A stretch of 64,000 nucleotides of DNA from a virus. This document shows, in pieces, positions 38,541 to 48,408 of the stretch (position 1 is the first letter of the stretch; every line of letters begins with the position of its first letter). The notes below the pieces were generated by a model that was not told the origin of the DNA, made no database searches, and saw only the letters and a program-made list of their open reading frames with translations. The position numbers and the translations under genes were made by a program. The stretch lies in the IMG/VR virus record IMGVR_UViG_3300036770_005084, positions 32,001-96,000 of that record; one strand, given 5' to 3'.

Positions 38541-39473
38541 ATGGAAAACATCTGGTCAGAATCTTATAAAAGTCTTAGAGAACCATTTTTTGAAATTGAA
38601 GATCCATACACCAATTTAACTGAGGAAAAATGCAATAAGTGTGGAAAGTCATCATGTGAATGTGAAGATAATAAGTATGGTGAAAAGGAAGAGAAAAAGT
38701 ATAAAAAAAGTGGTAAGAAATCAAAGGACTATGATGGTGATGGTGAAGTAGAAGATGAATCTGATGAATATGCTGGTGTAAAGGATCGTGCCATTAAAAA
38801 GGCAATGAAAGAAGGATATAGTGCATCAAAAAAGATAAAATCTAACGAAAAGATTGATGTAAAATCTGGAATTCAAAATAAAATTAATACCTCTCCAACT
38901 ATTCCAGAAGAATTTTGTGCTTGGGTAGATTCTCTTCTAGAGGAAGGTTACGATCTATCTGATTATACTTGGGATGAAATGTACGACATCTATGAAGCAG
39001 AAGGTTCATATGGTGCTACACCAAAGGCATATAGTGCAGCATCAACAACAAAGATGACTGCAAAGAGAAAACCTTTTCTCAAGAAAATGCTAAGCAGAAC
39101 TAATCCTGCTAACAGAACTTCTACTTATGATTCTCCAAGAAAGGGAATGAGTGATGAAGATAGAGAAAGAGCAAGAGCAGGTTCTAAGCATGGTGTAGGT
39201 ACTAGTCAAGAACACGATTATCCTTCAGAGGGTCCTGGTGGTGTAACCAAGAGTGCCAAGAAACTCCGTAAGCAAAAAGCAATGGGTGAGTTTGGTGAGG
39301 AATATGAGATTGATGAAATGGTGGATTCTAATGCAAGTAAATCATCTTTAGCACAAAAGAAAATTAGAAAAGAAAAGGCAGATCTTGAACTTGCAAAAGA
39401 AATGCAAAAGAGTCCTAATTTAAATAACGAATCTGTAATAAATTATCTTAACTCTCGATATCATCAAATTTGA
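38541..39473 (+). CDS. Modular charged hypothetical protein (putative internal head protein)
   Basis: DYDGDGEVE motif, EEGYDLSDYTWDEMY module; TAAATA upstream. Confidence 0.65.
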   Translation: MENIWSESYKSLREPFFEIEDPYTNLTEEKCNKCGKSSCECEDNKYGEKEEKKYKKSGKKSKDYDGDGEVEDESDEYAGVKDRAIKKAMKEGYSASKKIKSNEKIDVKSGIQNKINTSPTIPEEFCAWVDSLLEEGYDLSDYTWDEMYDIYEAEGSYGATPKAYSAASTTKMTAKRKPFLKKMLSRTNPANRTSTYDSPRKGMSDEDRERARAGSKHGVGTSQEHDYPSEGPGGVTKSAKKLRKQKAMGEFGEEYEIDEMVDSNASKSSLAQKKIRKEKADLELAKEMQKSPNLNNESVINYLNSRYHQI

Positions 39474-39505
39474 TAAATATTTAATGTAGTATGTAATTTA
39501 AAATC

Positions 39506-39670
39506 ATGGCATCTATAGTGGAACTTTTCAGACCAATTCTAATTGCGTTTTTAAGTTCATCTCACACAAAAAAACTGGTTTGCGATTTGCTCGATCACTA
39601 TGTCGCAACTACAGATAATGATGTTGATAATGTATTAGCAACAGCAGTTAGACACGCACTATTAAAGTAA
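39506..39670 (+). CDS. Small hypothetical protein, 54 aa
   Basis: Read manually: MASIVELFRP..TTDNDVDN; followed by terminator. Confidence 0.6.
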   Translation: MASIVELFRPILIAFLSSSHTKKLVCDLLDHYVATTDNDVDNVLATAVRHALLK

Positions 39671-39690
39671 ATAAAACATAAAAATATATT

Positions 39691-39724
39691 GGGGGAATCT
39701 GCGGATTCCCCCTTTTTATAAATA
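39691..39724 (+). terminator. Terminator abutting late promoter TATAAATA (39717-39724)
   Basis: GGGGGAATC-tgcg-GATTCCCCC, T run, then TATAAATA. Confidence 0.85.
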
Positions 39725-39752
39725 ATTCAAAGGAAACTAGCAGGTAAAACAA

Positions 39753-40562
39753 ATGGCTCTTTGGGGAAAATCAGATAGCATCTACTCAATTGGTACTATT
39801 GATTCAATTGATTATAGCAATAAAGTTATAGTAGGATCTGGAACATCTTTTACTGCTGCAGAAGTTGGTGATGTAATTACAATTGGTGTTGGAGCAACAT
39901 ACGGGGAAGCAATCATCACTGGAATTACTTCAAATACTCAAATCTCTATTGCATCTACAGCATTTTTAATTGGGCAAATTCCATCTGGTGGTGGTGCTGG
40001 TGTTGCTTATACCATGTCAGAAAAACCAATATATACTTTGCATGATACTAACTACACTGCAACCGAGATTTATGGTGTAGATATTAACGAAACAGGTGTA
40101 GCAAAAACAACTAAGTACGCAGTAGCACATGCCGGATGGGTTGGTGTTCATACCTATATTGATATGCATGGAACACTAAGAGTTAAGTCTGAAACTCTTG
40201 TTGCAATGTCTGAAATTACTAGTGGTACTTCAGCAACTTATGCTGCTGGTGGAGATGCTAATGATGATACAAGATACCCAGATGCTATCATCTCAATCCT
40301 TTCTGGACCACAATCAGTTGGTGTTGGAACAACAGCAACTGCTACATTTAGTGTAAGTGCTTCAATTACTCCAACATATGCTCCTCTGACCTATCAGTGG
40401 TATGAAGATGATGGAGTATCACCAGTTACTATTGGAACAAATAGTGCTAATGTAAGTGTTGCAAACACTGATGCAAGCAAAGATGGTTATGAGTACTATG
40501 TTGTATTAACATCTGGTGATGTATCAGTAACCTCTGGAATTGCAACCATGACAGTAAGTTGA
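39753..40562 (+). CDS. Virion protein with C-terminal Ig-like domain (fibre / head decoration)
   Basis: MALWG, HAGWVG, RVKSETLVA; LTYQWY..DGYEYYV Ig pattern. Confidence 0.75.
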   Translation: MALWGKSDSIYSIGTIDSIDYSNKVIVGSGTSFTAAEVGDVITIGVGATYGEAIITGITSNTQISIASTAFLIGQIPSGGGAGVAYTMSEKPIYTLHDTNYTATEIYGVDINETGVAKTTKYAVAHAGWVGVHTYIDMHGTLRVKSETLVAMSEITSGTSATYAAGGDANDDTRYPDAIISILSGPQSVGVGTTATATFSVSASITPTYAPLTYQWYEDDGVSPVTIGTNSANVSVANTDASKDGYEYYVVLTSGDVSVTSGIATMTVS

Positions 40563-40568
40563 TGATAT

Positions 40569-40940
40569 ATGAAATTTAATGAGTTGAACGATGATAATTA
40601 CTTATTGTTTGCAATAAAGTATTACGATAACCCCAATGCCATAACTAAGGAAGATTTTTTTGAAGATTTGAGTAGATTTAAATATATAAAAAAACTTCTT
40701 AGAAAATATCAAAAGACTAATGATTTAAAAGTTAGTCTTTTGATAAATCATTTTATTATTGTTTTTAATGTCTTTAGTGATGCTGCAATTCCACTATTGT
40801 TTTTTAAACTAGAAACAGAATTGTGGCCATCTTTAAAGGCATTTTTAGTATTTTTAAATAGAGTGCCAACGTATCCTAAATCTTTTCTCGACGATATTGA
40901 ATTAGATAATAATTGTCTTAATACATTACAGTCAATCTAA
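40569..40940 (+). CDS. Conserved T4-like hypothetical protein
   Basis: FAIKYYDNP, EDLSRFKYIKKLL, LLINH. Confidence 0.8.
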   Translation: MKFNELNDDNYLLFAIKYYDNPNAITKEDFFEDLSRFKYIKKLLRKYQKTNDLKVSLLINHFIIVFNVFSDAAIPLLFFKLETELWPSLKAFLVFLNRVPTYPKSFLDDIELDNNCLNTLQSI

Positions 40941-41146
40941 TGGACAAACTAGATAGAATCATAAATATTGTAAGATTATCTATTTGTGAAGAGGTTCCAA
41001 ATATGAATCTTGGATCTAAAAAAATAGCAGGAACTCCTGAAGCAGATCCCGGAAATCCACCAGTTGACTTACGAAAAAAAAGAAGAAGGTATTGGAATCC
41101 ATTTTTTAAAGACCTTGCAAATTTATACAGAAGGAAAGAAAAATGA
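40940..41146 (+). CDS. Hypothetical protein
   Basis: Translationally coupled ORF. Confidence 0.6.
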   Translation: MDKLDRIINIVRLSICEEVPNMNLGSKKIAGTPEADPGNPPVDLRKKRRRYWNPFFKDLANLYRRKEK

Positions 41147-41562
41147 TTCTCAATAAAAGTACCAAAATTGATGTACTTGAATCTAAATTCGAAATGTATG
41201 AAGATTTATCCAAACAGATGTTAGATAAATTAGAATCTGCAGTAGAAAAAATCGGTGAGGCAAATAATAAGATTGCGACGATACTTACAAAACATGATGA
41301 AAGACTTGAGCAGGCAGTAAAGACAGATGATTATATTTTAAAAGAAATTGAAAATCTTAGAGTAACTAATGGTAAAGATCATTCAAAAATTGAAGATAGG
41401 GTAGGTTCAATTGAAAAACGTATAGAAGATCTTTATAAGTTTAGATGGCAAGCTAGTGGAATAATTGCATTAGCATTAATCGTAGTAACTGCAATCACAG
41501 CACTAGTTCCCCATTTCTTGACAAATCAAGATAATAGCACTAGGATAGAAATGACCAAATAG
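41143..41562 (+). CDS. Coiled-coil protein with C-terminal transmembrane helix
   Basis: HDERL coiled coil; GIIALALIVVTAITALV. Confidence 0.7.
   Translation: MILNKSTKIDVLESKFEMYEDLSKQMLDKLESAVEKIGEANNKIATILTKHDERLEQAVKTDDYILKEIENLRVTNGKDHSKIEDRVGSIEKRIEDLYKFRWQASGIIALALIVVTAITALVPHFLTNQDNSTRIEMTK
41518..41546 (+). promoter_or_regulatory. sigma70-type promoter TTGACA-N17-TAGGAT (primase/nrd operon)
   Basis: Near-consensus. Confidence 0.65.
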
Positions 41563-41574
41563 TACACCTAGTTA

Positions 41575-42573
41575 ATGTCTTATATTGATGCAAAGTACAT
41601 TTCGTTGGTTTCTTCTAGATTAGAAAAATTTAAAAGGGTAAAATCTGACCTTTATAATTTTAGGTGCCCGTATTGTGGAGATTCTAAAAAGTATAAAAAT
41701 AAGGCAAGAGGTTATATTTACGAATCAAAAAATGACCACAATTATAAATGCCATAATTGTGGAATGTCTAGATCTTTTACAAATTTCTTGAAAGATTTAG
41801 ACATTACATTACATGACCAGTATGTGATGGAAAGATATAAGAATGGAATTACTGGAAAAAATTCAAATACAGCAGAACCAAAATTTAATTTTACAAAACC
41901 ATCTTTTAAAAAGGATTCTCTAGATCTTCCAAAAATTTCAGATCTGGATAAAGATCATCCTGCAAGAATATATTTGGAAAGTAGAAAAATACCGTCAGAT
42001 TATCTTCATAAATTATATTACTGTGATAAATTTAAAGAATGGACTAACACACAAAAACCCACATTTAATTCTATTGAAAATGATGAACCTAGAATAATTA
42101 TTCCATTAATTGAAAATGGTTCAATCTTTGGATTTCAAGGAAGAAGTTTAAAGAAAAAATCTAAAGTCAAGTATATAACTGTGATTTTAGATGAAACAAA
42201 ACCAAAAATTTATGGGATTGATAGTGTAAATTATGAAAAGACAATTTATATCGTGGAAGGTCCTTTTGACTCGATGTTTATTGAGAATTCTATTGCTATG
42301 GTAGGATCTGATATAGATTTTAATTTCATTAAATCTAATAATGCAGATTTTGTTATTGTGTATGATAATGAAAAGAGGAACAAACAAATTGTTGATAAGA
42401 TGGTAAAGTGTATTGATCGAAAATTACCAATTATAATTTGGCCGGATAATATTATTGAAAAAGATATAAATGAAATGATCATGTCTGGACTTGATGTGCA
42501 ATCTATGCTAAAATCAAATACCTTCATCGGACTAGAAGCAAAAGCAAAACTTATTGGTTGGAAACGAGTATGA
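41575..42573 (+). CDS. gp61: DNA primase gp61
   Basis: CPYCGDS..CHNC zinc finger, FQGR, VEGPFDS, YDNE, KDIN. Confidence 0.97.
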   Translation: MSYIDAKYISLVSSRLEKFKRVKSDLYNFRCPYCGDSKKYKNKARGYIYESKNDHNYKCHNCGMSRSFTNFLKDLDITLHDQYVMERYKNGITGKNSNTAEPKFNFTKPSFKKDSLDLPKISDLDKDHPARIYLESRKIPSDYLHKLYYCDKFKEWTNTQKPTFNSIENDEPRIIIPLIENGSIFGFQGRSLKKKSKVKYITVILDETKPKIYGIDSVNYEKTIYIVEGPFDSMFIENSIAMVGSDIDFNFIKSNNADFVIVYDNEKRNKQIVDKMVKCIDRKLPIIIWPDNIIEKDINEMIMSGLDVQSMLKSNTFIGLEAKAKLIGWKRV

Positions 42574-44864
42574 GTAACGGAACTAAAGTTGTAAAGAGAA
42601 ATGGATCTGTAGAGTCACTTGATCTTGATAAGATGCACCTTATGGTAGAAGAGGCATGTAAAGGTCTCTCTGGGGTCTCTGCAAGTCAAGTTGAGATGAC
42701 ATCTGGGATCCAATTCTATGATGGAATCACTACTAAAGAAATTCAAGAAATTTTAATTAGAAGTGCTAGTGATTTGATTGATTTGGACCACCCAAATTAT
42801 CAATATGTTGCTGCAAGACTTCTATTATTTTCCGTTAGGAAGCAACTGTATGGTGGAATTAAAGAATTGCCAGATCTAGAATCTCATATTAATAATTGTG
42901 TTCAAGCAAAAGTTTATGATCATGAAGTATATGCCAAATATACTAAAGAAGAAATTGCAAAAATAAACTCTTTCATTGATCATGATAGAGATATGCTATT
43001 TACATATGCTGGTCTTCGTCAGGTGGTTGATAAATATTTGGTGCAAGATAGAAGTGTTGGTGGTGTATATGAGACCCCACAATTCATGTACATTATGATT
43101 GCACTCACAATATTTGCAGAATATCCAAAGGAAACCCGTCTTTATTATATAAAGAGGTACTATGATGCAATCAGTAAGCACAAAATCAACATTCCCACAC
43201 CAATTATGGCAGGTGTTAGAACCCCACTTCGTCAATTTGCAAGTTGTGTTCTTGTTGATGTTGATGACACCCTTGACAGCATCTTCACTTCTGATATGGC
43301 AATTGGTCGGTATGTTGCTCAAAGAGCAGGAATTGGTATCAACGCAGGTCGTATCAGGGGTATTAATAGCAAGATCCGAGGTGGAGAAGTTACTCATACA
43401 GGGGTTATCCCATTCCTCAAAAAGTTTGAGTCAACTGTCCGATGCTGTACACAAAACGGGATTCGTGGTGGAAGTGCTACTGTCCACTTTCCAATCTGGC
43501 ACCAGGAAATAGAAGATATTCTAGTATTAAAAAATAACAAAGGAACCGAAGATAATCGTGTTCGTAAGTTAGATTACAGTATCCAAATCTCAAAACTGTT
43601 CTATGAACGATTCATTCAAGATAGAGAAATTTCACTCTTCTCTCCACACGACGTTCCTGATTTGTATGATGCTTTTGGCACTGATCGATTTGACAGTCTA
43701 TATGAGTCTTATGAACGAGATCAATCTCTTCCAAGAAAGACTGTCGGAGCTCAAGAACTCATTTTGGATCTTCTAAAAGAACGTGCAGAGACTGGTCGTA
43801 TTTACATAATGAATATTGATCATTGTAACTCTCACTCTTCCTTTAAGGATAAGGTAAACATGAGTAATCTTTGTCAAGAGATCACTCTACCAACAGATCC
43901 ACTTAATCATATTGATGATACTATGGGTGAGATTGCTCTATGCATTCTCTCAGCAATTAATGTTGGTAAAGTAAAATCAGATGAGGAACTTGAAGAACTG
44001 TGTAATTTATCAGTTAGGGCACTTGATGAACTAATTGATTATCAAGATTACCCAGTAAAAGCAGCAGAAATTGCTACTAAAGCACGTCGTTCCCTTGGAA
44101 TAGGTTTTATTGGTCTTGCCCACTATCTTGCTAAACTTGGATTTAAGTATGATTCTCAAGAGGCATGGGATGCAGTACATGGTCTTTCAGAGTCTTTCCA
44201 ATATTATCTTCTAAAAGCATCTAATGAACTTGCTAAAGAAAAGGGGCATTGTGAATACTTTGGTCGTACTAAGTATGCTGATGGAATTTTGCCAATTGAT
44301 ACATATAAGAAGGACGTAGATGAAATTAGTTGTATCGATCTAGAACATGATTGGGAGTCTCTCAGAAAATCTATTCAGACACATGGACTACGACATAGTA
44401 CATTGTCCGCACAAATGCCTTCGGAGAGCAGTTCCGTTGTGTCAAATGCAACAAATGGAATCGAACCACCTAGAGGTTATTTGTCCGTTAAAAAATCGAA
44501 GAAAGGACCACTTAAGCAAATTGTTCCACAGTATCAACAACTCAAAAATAATTACACGTTACTTTGGGATATGCCTAGTAACACTGGTTATATTAATACT
44601 ATTGCGGTAATGCAAAAGTTTTTTGATCAGGCAATTTCTGGTAATTGGTCCTATAATCCTGAAAATTATCCAGATAATGAAGTTCCAGTATCAGTCATGG
44701 CACAAGACTTCTTGACAACATATAAGTATGGATGGAAAACTTCCTACTATCAAAATACCTATGATCATAAAACTGATGAGGTAAAAGAAGACATTCCAAA
44801 TATCGACTCACTAATTCAAGAATTACTAGAAGGAGAAGAAGATTGTGAATCCTGTAAAATTTAG
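42570..44864 (+). CDS. nrdA: Ribonucleotide reductase class Ia alpha subunit
   Basis: ATP cone VVKRNG, QFASCV, SNLCQEI, C-terminal CESC. Confidence 0.98.
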   Translation: MSNGTKVVKRNGSVESLDLDKMHLMVEEACKGLSGVSASQVEMTSGIQFYDGITTKEIQEILIRSASDLIDLDHPNYQYVAARLLLFSVRKQLYGGIKELPDLESHINNCVQAKVYDHEVYAKYTKEEIAKINSFIDHDRDMLFTYAGLRQVVDKYLVQDRSVGGVYETPQFMYIMIALTIFAEYPKETRLYYIKRYYDAISKHKINIPTPIMAGVRTPLRQFASCVLVDVDDTLDSIFTSDMAIGRYVAQRAGIGINAGRIRGINSKIRGGEVTHTGVIPFLKKFESTVRCCTQNGIRGGSATVHFPIWHQEIEDILVLKNNKGTEDNRVRKLDYSIQISKLFYERFIQDREISLFSPHDVPDLYDAFGTDRFDSLYESYERDQSLPRKTVGAQELILDLLKERAETGRIYIMNIDHCNSHSSFKDKVNMSNLCQEITLPTDPLNHIDDTMGEIALCILSAINVGKVKSDEELEELCNLSVRALDELIDYQDYPVKAAEIATKARRSLGIGFIGLAHYLAKLGFKYDSQEAWDAVHGLSESFQYYLLKASNELAKEKGHCEYFGRTKYADGILPIDTYKKDVDEISCIDLEHDWESLRKSIQTHGLRHSTLSAQMPSESSSVVSNATNGIEPPRGYLSVKKSKKGPLKQIVPQYQQLKNNYTLLWDMPSNTGYINTIAVMQKFFDQAISGNWSYNPENYPDNEVPVSVMAQDFLTTYKYGWKTSYYQNTYDHKTDEVKEDIPNIDSLIQELLEGEEDCESCKI

Positions 44865-46023
44865 AACAACTTCCGAAAATAAAGTAAAAGGTATGACCGT
44901 ATTTAATACTCAAGAGGTTGATTTCAAAAAGCAACCAATGTTTTTTGGATCTCCTCTTGGGGTTCAAAGATATGATAGTTATAAATATCCTATTTTTGAT
45001 AAACTTACCCAACAACAACTTGGATATTTTTGGAGACCAGAAGAAGTTTCCTTACAGAAAGATAGATCTGATTACGCACAACTCAGACCAGAACAAAAAC
45101 ACATTTTCACTTCAAATTTAAAATATCAAATTCTTTTAGATTCTGTTCAAGGTCGTGGTCCCGGTATGGCGTTTTTACCATACTGCTCTCTCCCAGAACT
45201 TGAAGCATGTATGACAGTATGGGAATTTATGGAAATGATTCATTCTCGTTCCTATACATATATTATTAAAAATATATATTCAGATCCTTCTGAGGTGTTT
45301 GATACAATTTTAACTAATGAAAAAATTCTAGAAAGAGCATCTTCTGTAACTGGTGCATATGATGATTTTATTGATTCTGCACAATCTTATGGGAATTCAA
45401 ATCTGTGGTTACATGCATTAGAAAATGCAGGTAACTCTAAAGATGAAAGGATAGAAGTAAAACGTAAATTATATCGTGCAATTGCTAATGTAAACATTCT
45501 AGAGGGGATTAGATTTTATGTATCGTTTGCTTGCTCGTTTGCGTTTGGTGAACTCAAACTTATGGAAGGATCCGCTAAAATTATCTCTCTCATCGCAAGA
45601 GACGAAAATCAGCACCTTGCAATTACTCAAAATATCCTCAACAAATGGAGTCAAGGAGATGATCCAGAAATGCAGCAAATTGCTAAAGAGGAAGAAGAGT
45701 GGGTAATTAATGCTTTTAAAACTTGTGTGAATGAAGAGAAAAGGTGGGCAGAATATTTGTTTAAAGATGGATCTATGATTGGTCTGAATGATAAATTATT
45801 ACACAATTATGTTGAATGGATTGCCAATCGCAGGATGAAATCAATTGGAATTAAACCAATTTATGAAATTCCAGCAAAAAATAATCCACTACCTTGGACT
45901 GAGCATTGGATTTCTTCTAAAGGGTTGCAAGTTGCTCCTCAGGAAACAGAAGTTGAAAGTTATGTTGTCGGTGGTATTAAGCAAGACGTGACTAAAAATT
46001 CATTTTCGGGATTTAAACTATAA
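44845..46023 (+). CDS. nrdB: Ribonucleotide reductase class Ia beta subunit
   Basis: FWRPEE, EMIHSRSY, LEGIRFYVSF, RDENQH, VAPQETE. Confidence 0.98.
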   Translation: MNPVKFRTTSENKVKGMTVFNTQEVDFKKQPMFFGSPLGVQRYDSYKYPIFDKLTQQQLGYFWRPEEVSLQKDRSDYAQLRPEQKHIFTSNLKYQILLDSVQGRGPGMAFLPYCSLPELEACMTVWEFMEMIHSRSYTYIIKNIYSDPSEVFDTILTNEKILERASSVTGAYDDFIDSAQSYGNSNLWLHALENAGNSKDERIEVKRKLYRAIANVNILEGIRFYVSFACSFAFGELKLMEGSAKIISLIARDENQHLAITQNILNKWSQGDDPEMQQIAKEEEEWVINAFKTCVNEEKRWAEYLFKDGSMIGLNDKLLHNYVEWIANRRMKSIGIKPIYEIPAKNNPLPWTEHWISSKGLQVAPQETEVESYVVGGIKQDVTKNSFSGFKL

Positions 46024-46028
46024 TAACT

Positions 46029-46060
46029 GGAGGTCACAAGACCTCCTTTTTTTATAAATA
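46029..46060 (+). terminator. Terminator abutting late promoter TATAAATA (46053-46060)
   Basis: GGAGGTC-acaa-GACCTCC, T run, then TATAAATA. Confidence 0.85.
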
Positions 46061-46080
46061 ATTGAAAATCTAAAAGTGTT

Positions 46081-47184
46081 ATGTTTGAAAGTAAGACACC
46101 AAGTTTTCAAATTAAAAAGTCTTCAGGTGCGGGAGCACTTACTCCAAATGCTGCCAAGCAATTGGGATCAAAAGCAGTTGAAATGCAAAAGAAGAAAGCA
46201 GCAGGAGTTAGTTTACCAAAACTAAAGAATGAAGAAATTGAAGCTCAGGATAGAATGAGAGCACTTTTACGTGAGGCAAAGAAAGAAAAGACTTTAAAAA
46301 ATACAAATCCTTGTTGGAAAGGGTACGAACCAATAGGAACTAAAAAGAAAAATGGTAAAACCGTTCCAAATTGTGTTCCCAAAGAAGAGTTTGAATTGAT
46401 CGAAAAGGCACCTCCAGAGGATAAGTATGAGAGAATGGTGAAGCATATTAAAAAAGGATATTCTAAAGATGGTCTATCTCAGAAAGAAAGATCCATTGCT
46501 TATGCAACTGCTTGGAAAAAATATAAGGATAAGCAGCAAAATGAAGAATATCTTGACGAAAAGGCAAGAGGAACCAGACCAAAAAGAACAGTTCATGCAT
46601 ATGATGTAGATGAAACCTTGTTTTCACATGGAAAAAAAGGAAAACCAAACGTTAAAGTGCATGTAAAAGATTCTTCTGGAAAGAGAGTTAAGAGTCTAAG
46701 TAACCAAGAATTCAATACCCATAAGTTGGAGAAGGGGCATTCATATGATTTTGGTGAGTTTCAAAGTGCTAAAAAGTTCAAGGAAACTTCAAGTCCAAAT
46801 AAAAAAGTAATTAAAGATATTAAGAGAAAGCAGGCAAGGGGACAAAATGTTCACCTTATCACTGCTCGTTCCAAATTTGATAAACCAGGTGAGTTCCAGG
46901 GGCATCTTAAGAAGCATGGTGTTAATGTTGACAAAAAGAACATCCATTACACTGGTGGAATGAAGGGTGGTGATGTTGGTGAGAAAAAAGTAAAAGTTGC
47001 CAATGCAGTTGCTAAGAAGAGTGGTACTAAGAAAATGCATATGTATGATGATGCTGCTAAAGTTCATAAGGCATTTGAAAAAGAAAAGCAAAATGCACCA
47101 ACATCAAAGAAAATTAAAACTCATATGGTAGCACCAGACAAGAAAGGTGAATCTAGAGTTCGTTCATATCAAGCAACCAAATGA
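46081..47184 (+). CDS. Modular basic protein with C-terminal HAD-like phosphatase domain
   Basis: PCWKGY..VPNCVP and IAYATAWK modules; YDVDETLF, LITAR, MYDD HAD motifs. Confidence 0.7.
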   Translation: MFESKTPSFQIKKSSGAGALTPNAAKQLGSKAVEMQKKKAAGVSLPKLKNEEIEAQDRMRALLREAKKEKTLKNTNPCWKGYEPIGTKKKNGKTVPNCVPKEEFELIEKAPPEDKYERMVKHIKKGYSKDGLSQKERSIAYATAWKKYKDKQQNEEYLDEKARGTRPKRTVHAYDVDETLFSHGKKGKPNVKVHVKDSSGKRVKSLSNQEFNTHKLEKGHSYDFGEFQSAKKFKETSSPNKKVIKDIKRKQARGQNVHLITARSKFDKPGEFQGHLKKHGVNVDKKNIHYTGGMKGGDVGEKKVKVANAVAKKSGTKKMHMYDDAAKVHKAFEKEKQNAPTSKKIKTHMVAPDKKGESRVRSYQATK

Positions 47185-47630
47185 AATTTGATTTCAATTT
47201 TGGTAAAAAGAAAACATCTATTAAGGACTATGCCATTATTGGTATGGTCCTTTTTTTACTAGTTGGATTTTTATCTAGTAAGTTTGGAATTAGTGAGAGG
47301 GATGCTTGGAAACTAATTGATATAATTCAAAAAGAGTTAGTTAAGAGAGGATTGATTGATAGTAAGATTAATGATTTTATTATCAATACACCAGAATTGT
47401 TGGATCAAAGAGTTGAACGTGATGTTGATTATGCTATTGGGGAGTACAAGAGATTGGAACCCAAGGACCCTCCTAGGATGACCAATAAGACCATTCTAAA
47501 GAACTTGGAGTCCTCAAGGTTTACTGATACTCAGAGACTGATCGTAAAGGATGCGATTTACTATGAGTGCCCTGATGGAATTATGGGCATTAGAGCAGTA
47601 TGGGTTGACAAAGATCCTAAATGTAATTAA
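47181..47630 (+). CDS. Membrane-anchored hypothetical protein
   Basis: N-terminal hydrophobic helix YAIIGMVLFLLVGFL. Confidence 0.65.
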   Translation: MKFDFNFGKKKTSIKDYAIIGMVLFLLVGFLSSKFGISERDAWKLIDIIQKELVKRGLIDSKINDFIINTPELLDQRVERDVDYAIGEYKRLEPKDPPRMTNKTILKNLESSRFTDTQRLIVKDAIYYECPDGIMGIRAVWVDKDPKCN

Positions 47631-47656
47631 AATCACTCTGTTAGGTTTGAAGATAA
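47605..47656 (+). promoter_or_regulatory. sigma70 promoter TTGACA-N17-TAAAAT with 26-bp repeat (copy 2)
   Basis: 47631-47656 is identical to the reverse complement of 21016-21041. Confidence 0.7.
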
Positions 47657-47685
47657 ATAATACCTTGAATAACTTAAGGATTTAA

Positions 47686-48117
47686 ATGACTTATGAAAAC
47701 CCTTGGATATATCAAGGAGATATTTTTGATTCACCTGACATATTGGATTACTTTGGTTTTGTGTATAGGATTGAAAGTATTGAAACTTCCAGAATTTATT
47801 TGGGAAGAAAGTATTTTTGGTCTTTTAGAAAGCAAAAGGGTAAGTCTAGAAAAGTTAAACAAGAGAGTGATTGGAAAAAATATTATGGATCCTGTCCAGA
47901 GTTAAAAGAAGATATTAAAAAATACGGTAAGGATAAGTTTAAAAGAACAATATTGTCTCTTCATAAGACACTTGGAAAAACTAACTATGAAGAGACAAAA
48001 CAATTATTCTTAAACAATGTTTTAATGGAATCCCTTGACAACGGAGATCCTAGGTACTACAATAGTAACATCCTTGGACGTTACTACAGGAAAGATTATT
48101 TTTATGAGAATTTATGA
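47686..48117 (+). CDS. GIY-YIG family endonuclease
   Basis: GFVY..IYLGRK, YYGS, YEE, YYN. Confidence 0.85.
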   Translation: MTYENPWIYQGDIFDSPDILDYFGFVYRIESIETSRIYLGRKYFWSFRKQKGKSRKVKQESDWKKYYGSCPELKEDIKKYGKDKFKRTILSLHKTLGKTNYEETKQLFLNNVLMESLDNGDPRYYNSNILGRYYRKDYFYENL

Positions 48118-48283
48118 TTTTTGCAAACAGACTGTAGATAACCACATTGACAGAATGCACTATTTGTGCGAGATTGGAGAAACTGATGCAGCATCTGCAT
48201 TACACGAGGAAATTCGTGAATGGATTATTCAAAAAAATAATATTGAAGTAATTTCACTAGAATATCTTAGAAATTGCACTTGA
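48104..48283 (+). CDS. Hypothetical protein
   Basis: ATG 48104 within the 48035 ORF. Confidence 0.55.
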   Translation: MRIYDFCKQTVDNHIDRMHYLCEIGETDAASALHEEIREWIIQKNNIEVISLEYLRNCT

Positions 48284-48340
48284 TATTAAATTACTAAATA
48301 ACCCATTGTAATTAATTTTATTATTAGAATTTGAAGTGAA

Positions 48341-48408
48341 ATTAGAGCCTAGGTTAATCTCCTATGAAAATAGGATAAAGATTTTCTATTAGGATGTAGA
48401 GTTCAATT
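48341..48408 (+). ncRNA. Candidate structured leader RNA upstream of rlpA-like gene
   Basis: Nested stems CCTAG/TTAGG, AATCT/AGATT and CCTAT-GAAA-ATAGG. Confidence 0.45.

Noticed and set aside
42996-45706. Overlapping ORFs within nrdA and nrdB
   Set aside because: No independent coding signal.
5412-46023. Inteins or introns in gp17, gp43, nrdA, nrdB
   Set aside because: Normal lengths and contiguous motifs.
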